A stretch of 64,000 nt of DNA. Source: Naegleria gruberi (lineage: Eukaryota). Both the position numbers and the translations under genes were made by a program. The stretch lies in assembly GCA_000004985.1 (NCBI GenBank), contig GG738847.1. One strand, written 5' to 3'. Position 1 is the stretch's first letter, and each line of letters starts with the position of its first letter. A model generated the notes under the pieces. It worked only from the letters and a program-made list of their open reading frames with translations, searched no databases and was not told the origin of the DNA. Of the stretch, positions 9,758 to 19,543 are shown in pieces.

Positions 9758-10168
9758 TTAGACCTTTGGAATATCATTATATTCGGTTAGTTTAGAAATA
9801 CGATCGTTAAATTCATTGATTTTTTCTCTGTAGGATTTTTGAGCTCTTTCCTTGATGAGTTTCTTCTTTCTTTCCATCGATTTGGTTTCATATTTTTGTT
9901 CGGCTTCAGTCTTTTCCACTACAATTGCCTTTTGATTAGAGTTGTTATTATTTGTTTTATGTTGTTTGGTAATTCCGCCAATTGTTCCTGTTCTACCTTT
10001 TAATTTAAGTGGTCCTTTAATGACATTATCAAAGGAGAGGGAATATTTGTGTGCGTCATCATCGTGGTGGTGATGATCACTACCACTCTTCGGAGTAGTG
10101 GTTGCAGTTGTTGTTGTATTACTACTCGCTCTTTGATTGTTGTTTGATGAAGAAGTGTTTGGTTTCAT
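9758..10168 (-). CDS. FAM32A (OTAG-12)-like small nuclear protein
   Basis: 136-aa ORF. KGPLKLKG motif, Lys-rich middle and C-terminal EFNDRISKLTEYNDIPKV. These match the FAM32A family ends (KGPLKLKG ... DFNRHLDTLTEHYDIPKV). Confidence 0.75.
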   Translation of the reverse strand: MKPNTSSSNNNQRASSNTTTTATTTPKSGSDHHHHDDDAHKYSLSFDNVIKGPLKLKGRTGTIGGITKQHKTNNNNSNQKAIVVEKTEAEQKYETKSMERKKKLIKERAQKSYREKINEFNDRISKLTEYNDIPKV

Positions 10169-10334
10169 TTTTTTTAAACTATTTTTAGATCTTTAAAATA
10201 TTTAATATTATTGAACAAGAAGTAAAAACAACATTACAATGCAGTAAGTGAAATAGTTAAGGTTCAAGTTTTGCATTAGAATCTATTGAATCAATGTCAA
10301 AAGTCAATAGTTCACAAAAAACAATTCAAAAAAA

Positions 10335-11294
10335 ATGCAACTGTTATCTTCAGAAGTTCTCATCACAGTTTTTGATTTTCTGCTCGATATTTCCAATAAT
10401 TGCATAAATATTTATGATTGTGAAATTAGAAAAGTAATTTTTTCACTTCAATCAGTCAACTCTCAATTCAAGCAATTTTATGATGAAAATTATTGGTGGG
10501 AAGTATTGAAAACTCATCTATTGATGAGTCACTCTGTATTGTCAATGTCCGAGAAGGAGATTGTCATGAATATGAAAGAGAAATTGAAACAAAATCCATC
10601 TTTCCAATCATTTCGAAGATGTACTTTATTATTCGAAATGATGAGACGAAAGGGATTTGGTTTAAAAATGAATGATATGAATAATGAAAATGTATTATTT
10701 AATAAGATATTAATTATTGGAATGAAGGGTGTTGGAAAAACCAAATGCATATTAAATTACGTCTATTCTAATGCTTTCCCATATAATCACGAAATTGCAA
10801 TTGAGGATAGCTATAGGAAAATGTCACATTACATTGAAAAGTTTCCAGTGATTGTAGAATTATTCGAGTTAATTGAAATCAATCCAATTAGTGATTACAA
10901 TTTGAAATACGTTAACGAGTCTAACATTGTTATTGTAATGTGTGAATTATATTCTGAAGAATCAGTTCAGTATTTGGAGAGTACTTTATTTCCAGCTATG
11001 GAGGATAAAATAGCAAACCTTCCAACTTTAATTGTAATTAATGATAAGCTCAATAAGGAAAATCATACAAAAAAACGAATTAAGAAACAAAATATCAAAT
11101 CAATTCTAGAAAAGTTTAAAATTCATAATTATTCATTCATAGATATAAGTACAAGTAATTATTCAACGATTGTAAATTTATTTTCTCATTGTACTACTAT
11201 TTTTGCTTTTACATTCCAACAAAATATTGAACTTGTAGAAGTAATTTTAAAAAAGGATAAGAAATTACTCTCCAAAAATTGTGTAATCAATTAA
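10335..11294 (+). CDS. F-box-like N-terminus fused to a degenerate Ras-like small-GTPase domain (predicted pseudo-GTPase)
   Basis: 319-aa ORF. N-terminal LSSEVLITVFDFLLDIS (F-box-like). G1 ILIIGMKGVGKTK. Switch-I-like YNHEIAIEDSYRKM (compare Ras YDPTIEDSYRKQ, where the T35 equivalent is Ala here). No DTAGQ G3 motif (VIVELFELIE instead). G4 degraded to INDKLN. Confidence 0.55.
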   Translation: MQLLSSEVLITVFDFLLDISNNCINIYDCEIRKVIFSLQSVNSQFKQFYDENYWWEVLKTHLLMSHSVLSMSEKEIVMNMKEKLKQNPSFQSFRRCTLLFEMMRRKGFGLKMNDMNNENVLFNKILIIGMKGVGKTKCILNYVYSNAFPYNHEIAIEDSYRKMSHYIEKFPVIVELFELIEINPISDYNLKYVNESNIVIVMCELYSEESVQYLESTLFPAMEDKIANLPTLIVINDKLNKENHTKKRIKKQNIKSILEKFKIHNYSFIDISTSNYSTIVNLFSHCTTIFAFTFQQNIELVEVILKKDKKLLSKNCVIN

Positions 11295-11597
11295 AATTGG
11301 GAGGTGAAGTTATTGTTATTTATTTTTAAAGATCCTAGAATTCTCCTCAAGATCTTCAAGTATTTCCGATAGTGATGGTGATTCTGTATCTTTCTCAATT
11401 TTCTGCATATGACAGCTTTGGTAGGAACTTGGAACTTACAGTAATATTTTTTAAAAGGAAAATGAGGGTGTAAAATCTTTGATTATTTTATCAGTGGTTT
11501 TAAGAGATGAAACTTTGAAAATTGATATATAGGTAGATTACATATCATTCCTCCTAATATGCAAAAAGAAAAACTCAAATCTTGGAGATAGTGTCTA

Positions 11598-11716
11598 AAA
11601 TTGATCTCGAGTGCCGGGAATTGAAAACTCTCGTTCATATCATGGCTACCGGGAATGAAACTTCCTAATTTGGAAGATGACTTCAACAACAATAATAACA
11701 ACAAAACAAATTAACA
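11598..11716. repeat. Dispersed repeat copy 1 (about 120 bp) in gene-free interval
   Basis: Shares the block AAAACTCTCGTTCATA(T/C)CATGG(C/G)TACCGGGAATGAAA(C/T)TTCC...AACAAAACAAATT with copy 2 at about 11938-12044 in the same orientation (about 85% identity by eye). Both copies contain a CTCGAG site at the same relative position. Confidence 0.4.
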
Positions 11717-11937
11717 GTAATAAATTAATGGTTATTAATGTTTATTAAATAGTGACCGTTAGGTCACTGATTGTTAATTAATTATTGATGATTTGTTGTT
11801 GAACAGATACTAACTGTAATAAAAACACATTGCAATCACCGTGACGCCAAATTAACATTTAATAATAACACATTATTAATATAATACCGTGTCGCCAAAT
11901 TCCTTGATAATTATTCATAACTGTAACTTCTTGATCA

Positions 11938-12044
11938 AAAGCACTCGAGTAATTTAACACAGTCAAAACTCTCGTTCATACCATGGGTACCGGGAATGAA
12001 ATTTCCAAATAAGGAATGACCGATATCATTCAACTAACAAAACA
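11938..12044. repeat. Dispersed repeat copy 2, abutting a truncated tRNA-Asp-like fragment
   Basis: Same shared block as copy 1. Its AACAAAACAAATT end is fused directly to the T-loop of a tRNA-like sequence on the opposite strand. Confidence 0.4.
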
Positions 12045-12102
12045 AATTGAACCCGGGTCGCCAGAGTGACAGTCTGGAATGCTACCACTATACACACCCG
12101 AT
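12045..12102 (-). pseudogene. tRNA-Asp(GUC)-like 5' fragment (acceptor 5' strand through T-loop; 3' T-stem, acceptor strand and CCA region absent)
   Basis: Minus strand reads ATCGGGTGTGTATAGTGGTAGCATTCCAGACTGTCACTCTGGCGACCCGGGTTCAATT. D-arm GTATAGTGGTA. Anticodon stem CCAGA/TCTGG pairs perfectly around loop CTGTCAC (anticodon GTC). The variable/T-stem region GACCCGGGTTCAATT is like dictyostelid tRNA-Asp. The sequence then runs into the repeat (TGTTTTGTT) instead of CCCGG plus acceptor. Confidence 0.5.
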
Positions 12103-12295
12103 TCACATTGATGTTCTTAAAAATATATCCTGAACACTCCCTATATACTATTATGTTAGTACGGTGTTTTATTAATGAAAATCACCCACTCATCAAATAA
12201 CTAATAAATATGAAAAATTTTTGTCTGAAAAAATTTCAACACAACAAGATGTTAAAAGACAAGATTTACGTGTTGTTTTCACACAAGTTGGTTGT

Positions 12296-15200
12296 TTATT
12301 GTTGATCTTGTTGCATGGATGGTGGTTGATAGACTTCATCTTGTTGCAATAACAATTCGTCGTCTTCATCTGATTCACTTTCTTCACCATCTTCGAGAAC
12401 TTGAATTTCACTTTCTTGTTGGAAGACATAGTCACCAGGCTTCTTTCTTTCACTCTTCAATTTCTTCAACTTTCTCTTACCCTTTCTAATGTAAACTCTA
12501 GTGAGAGTCTTGATTCTTTCGACAGCTTGTGGATCTCTCATAACCAAACCAACGAATGATAATACCAAGAAAATGATAGTGATAGCAATCAAGATAATTG
12601 GTGAAATATAGTAGGCCTTATAGGAGAAACCATAATTTTCCAAAGCAGTAGCAACATTTTGATTACTTTCTTGATACTTTCTAATTTCAACAGTGTACAT
12701 TAATTCGACAGCCCATCTCACTGGAGAAGAACAAACCAAAACCAATGTATACCATTCCTTAGACATGGTACGAACTGTTGGTTGAACACCACCCAACAAG
12801 GCACACAAAATAATGTACATTACACCAACAAATTCAGCATGAGTTCTTTGAACGAAAACTGAAATGAAATAGCCAAGAGAACTGAAAACAATTTCGAATA
12901 ATAAGAAGAGTCCATAGTATGTGTAAAATTCAGCTTCAGGATTAACGAGGATATACCAGAAAGTAACAAAGACCAATGGATAGATCAACAAGGAAGGAAT
13001 TTCACCAGTCAATTTACCAAGGAAGTAACTCATCTTGTTGATACCATTCTGAGCTTCACGTCTATAGAGTTCCTTATCAGCACCAAAACATTTGAGTGAA
13101 GATTGCATAGCAGCAATGGCAAGAGCAGAAACTGTAACAATACTCATTGGTGCAATCTTATCAATTCTTGGCAATGAACATTGATTACTAATAAATGTTG
13201 GACACAACTTTTGAAGAGTTGATGAAAGAGGACCAATAAAGTCCATGTTAAAGTAGAAACCTCCAATAATTACAGCAAGAGCAAAGTGGAAGAAGAAATC
13301 AAAGAAGACACCCTTGTAGTGACGACTCAATTGAAGCAAAGCACGAAGAGAGAATAAGAGATATTGACCCAAGAACGCAATTGGCTTTCTTTGTCTTTCC
13401 TTAGCAACTTCACTGCCCAACAAAACTTGTTGTGGATCAATAACAGAAGCACCAACTTCTTCATCATCTTCTTGTTCTTGTTCTGATTGTTGAGTTTCAT
13501 TACCATTTCTTGATTTGAGCCATTTCTTTTCATTTTCTTCCTTCTTCAAGTCCCACAAGTGCAACAAACGTTCTGGTTCAAAGTTTGGATCACCAGGTCT
13601 TTCAACATTACCCAAACAAACATCAACAAAAAAGTCTGGAGGATTTTCATAGTTTGGACATTTGAAGCCAATTTCTTCAAAGAATCTCAAAGCATCCTTG
13701 GTTGGACCATTGTAAACAATGCCACCATTCTTACCCATGATAATACAATCGTCAAAGAGGAGGAATACATCATTTCTTGGTCTGAGCATGGTAGAAACAA
13801 CTGTAGTACCACTTTCAGCAGCCAACTTGAAGGCCTTACACAAGAATTTCTTTCTTTCGAGTGGAATTTCATCGAATGGATTATCGACAAATAAACAAAC
13901 TGGATCAGCAACCATTTCAAGAGCCATGTTAACAAAGACTCTGAGTTCTTCATCGAGACCGTGCTTCTTTGATTTACCAATTGTATCATACATAAAGTTT
14001 TCAATACCCAAAACCTTACATGTCTTTTCAACACGTCTACCAACTTGACTGTATGTATAATAACTTGGCAAACGAGAGTGACCAGCAAATCTCAACAATT
14101 CGTGAACCTTCAATTCCTTAGCCATATCAAGTTGCTTTGGGGCAAAGCTGATAATATTTCTGAATTCGTGCGGATCCTTAATTTGTTCATTAATCATAAT
14201 TTTACCATGAACGAAACCCAAGTGATGTCTACCAGAAAGAGTATTGAGCAATGCAGAAGTTGCTTCAGAATCAACACCAATAATACATGTAGTTCTTCCG
14301 TGATAGACACGACCAGTGACACCTTCGAAAATAACTTCTTCACTCTTCTTTCTGATATATGACAAATCCTCAAAGGCATAATCAATTGTAAAGTTCTTCT
14401 TTGAGAATGGTGGTTCATTGACGAGAGAACCAGTACTATCATAATTGAATTGTTCATTTCCTTGAATAAAGTTGGCAATATTAATACCAATGTTGGCAAG
14501 ACCATTTTGTCCTGAGATTTCTTGGTCTTGTTTAATCTTCTTTTGCTTCATCTTCTTCTTCTTGTAAGAGGCAGTGACACATCTGACAACAACGAAAGTG
14601 ACCAAAACGAGGAAGACAACAACGAACATTAACAAGATACCCAAATAGAAGGATTGTTGCTTGGCAGAACCTTCTGGACAATAGGAGAACCATTGACAAC
14701 GTTTAGGATAAGTAGAGCCAGCAGCACAGTGATAACCAGATGGACACAACAACATTGAGTTGGTATTAGGGCAATAATAACCAGCAGTACAAGCAAGTGG
14801 TTCCTTAGTACCTCTTGGGCAATAATAACCATCTTCACACAAGACTTTGCTTGACAAGGTTGGACAATAGTAACCTTCTGGACAATAGTGCTCATCACTA
14901 CCATAAGTACCAGTTGGACAGTATTGAGTTCTGTTACCAATTTGTTCCAAACATGGAGTTGGAGTCATAGAGTATGGAGTTTCACAATAGTTCAATGCAG
15001 GACAAGCATTTACGAGAGTAGTGCCTGTAGTGTCAAGTCCTTGAGTAGCTAATGGACAATATTGACCATTTCTACAAGTGTATAATTGACTTCTAGTTTT
15101 TCTTGCAAGATAACCTGGTGGTACTGGAATAGACATCAAAGGGTTCAAACAAATTTGACCATCAGGACATCTTTGCTCAGTAGAGGAACCTTCAATTCCA

Positions 15201-17403
15201 CAAGTTGTTTCAAATGTTGAGGAAGGTGAACAAGCAGTAGGTGCAGTCATGGCCGAATCTTTACATTTGAATCCAACAGGACAAGGTCTTCTACGACCTT
15301 CGTTATTGGTTGGACAGTAAAATCCTGGTTCACATTTAAAGACCATTGTTGGTCTAATTGTGTGATAACCAGCAGAAATAGAAACAGTATTGGCGTAACC
15401 TTCAGCAAGAGTTTTCCAGAATCACCATATCTTGGACAAGTCCAACCTCCATTACACATTGAGAAGTAACCAATAAAATCGAATGCAGTATACTTGGTTG
15501 GATATTTCTTACAAGCTTCAGTAAATTTAGTCAATGAAGATGGAGGATTTGAAGAAGCCAACAAGGTGCAAATATCTTGCAATCTTATTCTGGCATCAAT
15601 ATCAAAGGCCTTTCTAGAAAGGACAGCAAAGATGTGTTGTGCATTTTCAGAAACATAAATGTCATTAATTTTACCATCACTGTTCAATAATGCAGTTTGT
15701 TGCAATGTAAATAAGCTTGAACTAGAAGTGGAAGCAGAAGTGTCAGTACAAGCATACTCTTGGAAGGAAAATACTTCAATACTTTCTCTTGTGGCAATGT
15801 TGATGGTGTGATAAAATGTTGAATAGGCATCAGTGATAGCAGTGTCACTTGTTTTGTACATTCCAATAACCATCTTTGAAGGAACAGCTGATGTGGTTTT
15901 CAAATCTGATTCCTTATTAGGTCTGTTAGTACAGGTTCCACTCTTTGAGTATTGAGGTTTGGTAGTTGATGTATAAGAAGTTGAGCATGTTGTGTCAGCT
16001 GGTATACCAACGGCCTTGTATATGCCAGCTGGGTCAGAACTAATATCAGTTACATCCTGACTTGCCATTTCTGGAAGGTTAAAGACAAATAATCTTGGGC
16101 CGAAAGCATTTGCAGAGGCTGTAGTTGAAGCAACACCAACAGCAACCCAAACAGATTGGGAAGTCTTAGCAAGAGTACCATAACATTCAGTAAATGCACT
16201 CACAGAATAAATACTTTCACCAGAGACACCATGTGTATAAATGATTGAGGTCTTCTTTGTTAAGTCAACAGGTGAGTCATTTGGCGTACCAACGAGTTGA
16301 ATCAAATTGACTTGTGACTTGGATTGAATTAAAAGAAGAGGTCTACTGGCTTTAACTGAATTACAGTCAACCTTTGATGAATATGTTGGGTCAGCACCAA
16401 ATTGTCCATGAGCAAAACCGAAAATCTTTCTTTCCTCAGTTTGGTCAGCAAATGCCCATTTATAAAGTGTAGAACCCTTGTAAATGATAATACCATTGGT
16501 AGAAGTAGAAGTACCATATGAGAGAACAGCCATATGAGTTGCAGTTCCAAGAGTATCAATGTAGGCAATTGTTTGCAAATCTTGCACAAATTCGCTTGAG
16601 GACAATTTGGTTGTTGTATCAATGGTAAGAGCAATAGTTTTAGAAGATGAAACTGTGAGAGTACCAGTAGTATCCAATTTAAGAACCAATAATGTTTGAG
16701 TTGACAAGGTAACATAAATTGTTGCCTCAGTAGAGCTAGTTCTATAGACAGCCATCTTACTTGGTTTATCTGTTAAAGCAGTTTTAGCATCAAGTACTTG
16801 ATAAGAGTAGGCCAATTGTTCAGTAGTCATATCAAGAACAAGCAAATGTCTATTGGTCAATACTAGTAAATATTGTTTGGCACCATCAGCTGACATTTCC
16901 AAAGGTTTAGCAGCTCTAACAAAGAAACAACGATTGTTTTCGGATTGTGATGATTGATCAGTAGTGGTAACATTTCCTCCAGAATAGTCTTCCTTATAAA
17001 TTTTAACAATATTATCAACATCTTGATCTTTCACACAAATCATGTTATTTTCAGTTGATGTAATTGGTGTCTTGTCTGTTATTTTGGTATATAAACATTG
17101 TGCACCAGTGGCATCACAATTAAAAATGTCAGGATCTCTAAAAGTGATTGGTTGACTTGCTCTAAAGTTATTATATGTACACCATGATGGTCTTGAAGTG
17201 GATAAAGATGGATCACATAATCCAAAGGCTGATTTAACTTGTTCACCAGATAATGCAGCACACCAGTCTGGAGGTGTGGCAGCAAGAGTTGAAGCACAAC
17301 TCAAAGTAATCATCAACAAGATGGAGACGATTAAATATCGAACAGCAACACGTTGTTGTGCTTGTCCTTTCAACAATGGTCTATTATCATTACGTATCAT
17401 CAT
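12296..17403 (-). CDS. ABCG-type (NBD then TMD) half-transporter-like protein with huge extracellular N-terminal domain and degenerate ATPase motifs; two ORF segments joined across a frame break near 15350-15410
   Basis: Upstream segment 15247..17403: signal peptide MMIRNDNRPLLKGQAQQRVAVRYLIVSILLMITLSCASTLAA, then a 700-aa Ser/Thr-rich ectodomain. Downstream segment 12296..15346: multiple CxxGxYCP cysteine repeats (CEPGFYCP, CPEGYYCP, CEDGYYCP, CTAGYYCP), then TM FYLGILLMFVVVFLVLVTFVVV. ABC domain with degenerate Walker A IIGVDSEATSALLNTLSGR (Lys replaced by Ala), degenerate signature HGLDEELRV and Walker B CLFVDNPFDE (Glu replaced by Asn). Typical ABCG block STMLRPRNDVFLLFDDCIIMGKNGGIVYNGPTKDALRFFEEIGFKCPNYENPPDFFVDV. 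Six-helix TMD. Acidic tail. Confidence 0.8.
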
Positions 17404-18148
17404 TGTTGATCGCGCAACGATATTGTTGTTGTTGTTTGTTATTAAATATTATTCGAAACTCTTCTCAAGAGGAGATGCAAACAAGTTAATTGTTATCAAT
17501 TTCTTTTAGAAAGTGGAGAGAGGAATGGATAAATAATAGCTAGCAGCAAATACACAACAATTATTCAGTGATGAAAGCTTTGTAAATTTTTTTTTCTTGT
17601 TGATTGTTGTGATGGGTCAATCAGATGTCTGTGAATGTTTAGACTTTGGGTTGCTGGTTTATTTCACAATAGGTTCTCATGTTGGATGTTGCGAAAGTGA
17701 TCTTGATATTCGGTATGTATTGGAGACATAAGATATTAGAAACTTCACAGACCTATAATATTTAATAGCATTTTATACTTTTCTTTGAACAATTGAAACA
17801 TGAGGGTTATTGCTTCCGATTAGATCAAATTTATCTTCTTCGTATCAATGATGTTGTGGAATTAGGAATGTTGAAAGACAGAGGAAGAAATTATTGAATG
17901 AGCACCACTACACTGCGAGAGTCAAACAACAAGAATCGATTCATCATTGGGAGAACTAGCCAAGTTACGCTGCCGCGACTCTAAGGTTTGGTTAGGAAAC
18001 AATTTTTTAAGAGCGCTGAAATTTCAAGACTTCCTTAGTTTTCCTCACCAATGTTAAAAATTTGGCGGGGAATCCCAAGCTGTGTTGATTTCTTCATCGT
18101 CCAACATTGAGTTTGTTTACAATCCTCAATTTTAACCATAAAAAGAAC

Positions 18149-18231
18149 CGTAATGGAAAGACTCAACCGTAAACCACACACTCTCAAACACACACCACAA
18201 CAATTGTTTACGGTTGAGTCTTTCCATTACG
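18149..18231. repeat. Perfect 26-bp inverted repeat (hairpin, about 31-nt loop) spanning the start codon of the 18153 gene
   Basis: Arm 1 is 18149-18174 CGTAATGGAAAGACTCAACCGTAAAC. Arm 2 is 18206-18231 GTTTACGGTTGAGTCTTTCCATTACG, the exact reverse complement. The ATG at 18153 lies inside arm 1. Arm 2 encodes FTVESFHYE. Confidence 0.8.
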
Positions 18232-19217
18232 AGAAATTGAGAAAGGAGAAGGAAGAACAAGTAGCATTGGAGCTAAAAAAGTTGAGAAAGGAAAAAAAAG
18301 AAAAGGAAAAGCTTGCACAAGAAAATAAGGAATTGCAAAGAAAACTTGAAATGATTGAAAGAGAAAAACTTTTTAAATTGGAGCAAGAGAATGAACTTTT
18401 AAAGAAGGCAACTCAAGAAGTAAAGCAAGAAGAAAAGAAGCAAGATAAACAAGAAACGAAATTGAAAAGAAAGGTTAATGATGAGGAAGTTTCCACACCA
18501 ACAAAGAAAACTAAAACAGATCCAACCATTACAGTTGTGAATAATTATTATGCTAGTCCATCAAGTATTGAAACAAAAAAGCAATCAAGCCCAAAGACTG
18601 TAGCTACTCAAGAGGGTTGCAAACACAAACGCATTTACGATCAATTTATTTACATCTACTGTTCAATGACAGGTCAGAAACCTAAAGAGTTTATTGACAA
18701 TCCAAAACAGGTTCAAGAATTTATTACCTTTTTTGAATTGAAATTGAAACCGAAAACACTTGTAAAGAACTTCAAACCTGATCCAAATATGACAACCTCT
18801 GACTATCAGGAAATTCTCTTCTACCTTCTCAACAGCATGAAGGGTAAAGAAGGTGAAAAGAAACAAGATGAAGTCATATCTGGTATTTTAAAGGGCAAGT
18901 TGAAAAGCAAATTTAACAAAGAGCTTGTGCCATACCTCATCGCTTTTGCCTATAACAATGTAGAAGGAAAAAAGCAATTACAAGGAAAAATGGAGGATTT
19001 TTTGAATGATAAAACTAAAGTTGATTCATTCATAAAGACATACAATCTCGATTTAAATCCAGAAACAAACAAACCATACCTTAAAGCTGAAACTATTTCC
19101 AATAACAAAGCTAAGATTATGGACATTGTAAAGAATCCAAAAACTCTGAAAGATTTGTTGAATGAAGCATGCAAGGAGGTGATTCAAAGATTCTTTGGCT
19201 CTCCAAAAACTAAATAG
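18153..19217 (+). CDS. Hypothetical Lys/Glu-rich coiled-coil protein
   Basis: 354-aa ORF. Residues 25-110 are KEKEEQVALELKKLRKEKKEKEKLAQENKELQRKLEMIEREK...; the C-terminal half is less biased. No catalytic motif found. Confidence 0.5.
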   Translation: MERLNRKPHTLKHTPQQLFTVESFHYEKLRKEKEEQVALELKKLRKEKKEKEKLAQENKELQRKLEMIEREKLFKLEQENELLKKATQEVKQEEKKQDKQETKLKRKVNDEEVSTPTKKTKTDPTITVVNNYYASPSSIETKKQSSPKTVATQEGCKHKRIYDQFIYIYCSMTGQKPKEFIDNPKQVQEFITFFELKLKPKTLVKNFKPDPNMTTSDYQEILFYLLNSMKGKEGEKKQDEVISGILKGKLKSKFNKELVPYLIAFAYNNVEGKKQLQGKMEDFLNDKTKVDSFIKTYNLDLNPETNKPYLKAETISNNKAKIMDIVKNPKTLKDLLNEACKEVIQRFFGSPKTK

Positions 19218-19543
19218 GAAGAAAAATAAGTGTTTGAATAATTCTCCTTAACTGAATGATAGGCAGCGAAAAAGGAATAAAGAAGTGATTACGTAGCATC
19301 ACGTTTAGTTCGTCCTTAAGAATATTGATTCATTGACCGTAGCAGGTTTGTGCACATTTCCATGGTAGTTCATTGGCTTGTTTTGTAATGTAATAGTTAT
19401 TTTGTATTATTGAAAGCTTACAACAAATATGAGCTTGCGTTTATTTATTGAGTAACACAGTTCTTCCTTAATGATTGGCATCAACTTTTGTTTTTGGCTT
19501 GTTTGCAAAAACACGAAAATAACAATAATTGTGCAAAGAGTAA

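Noticed and set aside
15340-15420. 26-nt (GTGATT...GAAG) or 56-nt (GTAATG...GAAG) introns to bridge the ABCG frame break
   Set aside because: They are shorter and less AT-rich than every confirmed intron in the window (40-63 nt, more than 80% AT). The 56-nt one would delete the conserved CNGGWTCP repeat. A single-A homopolymer change explains the break more simply.
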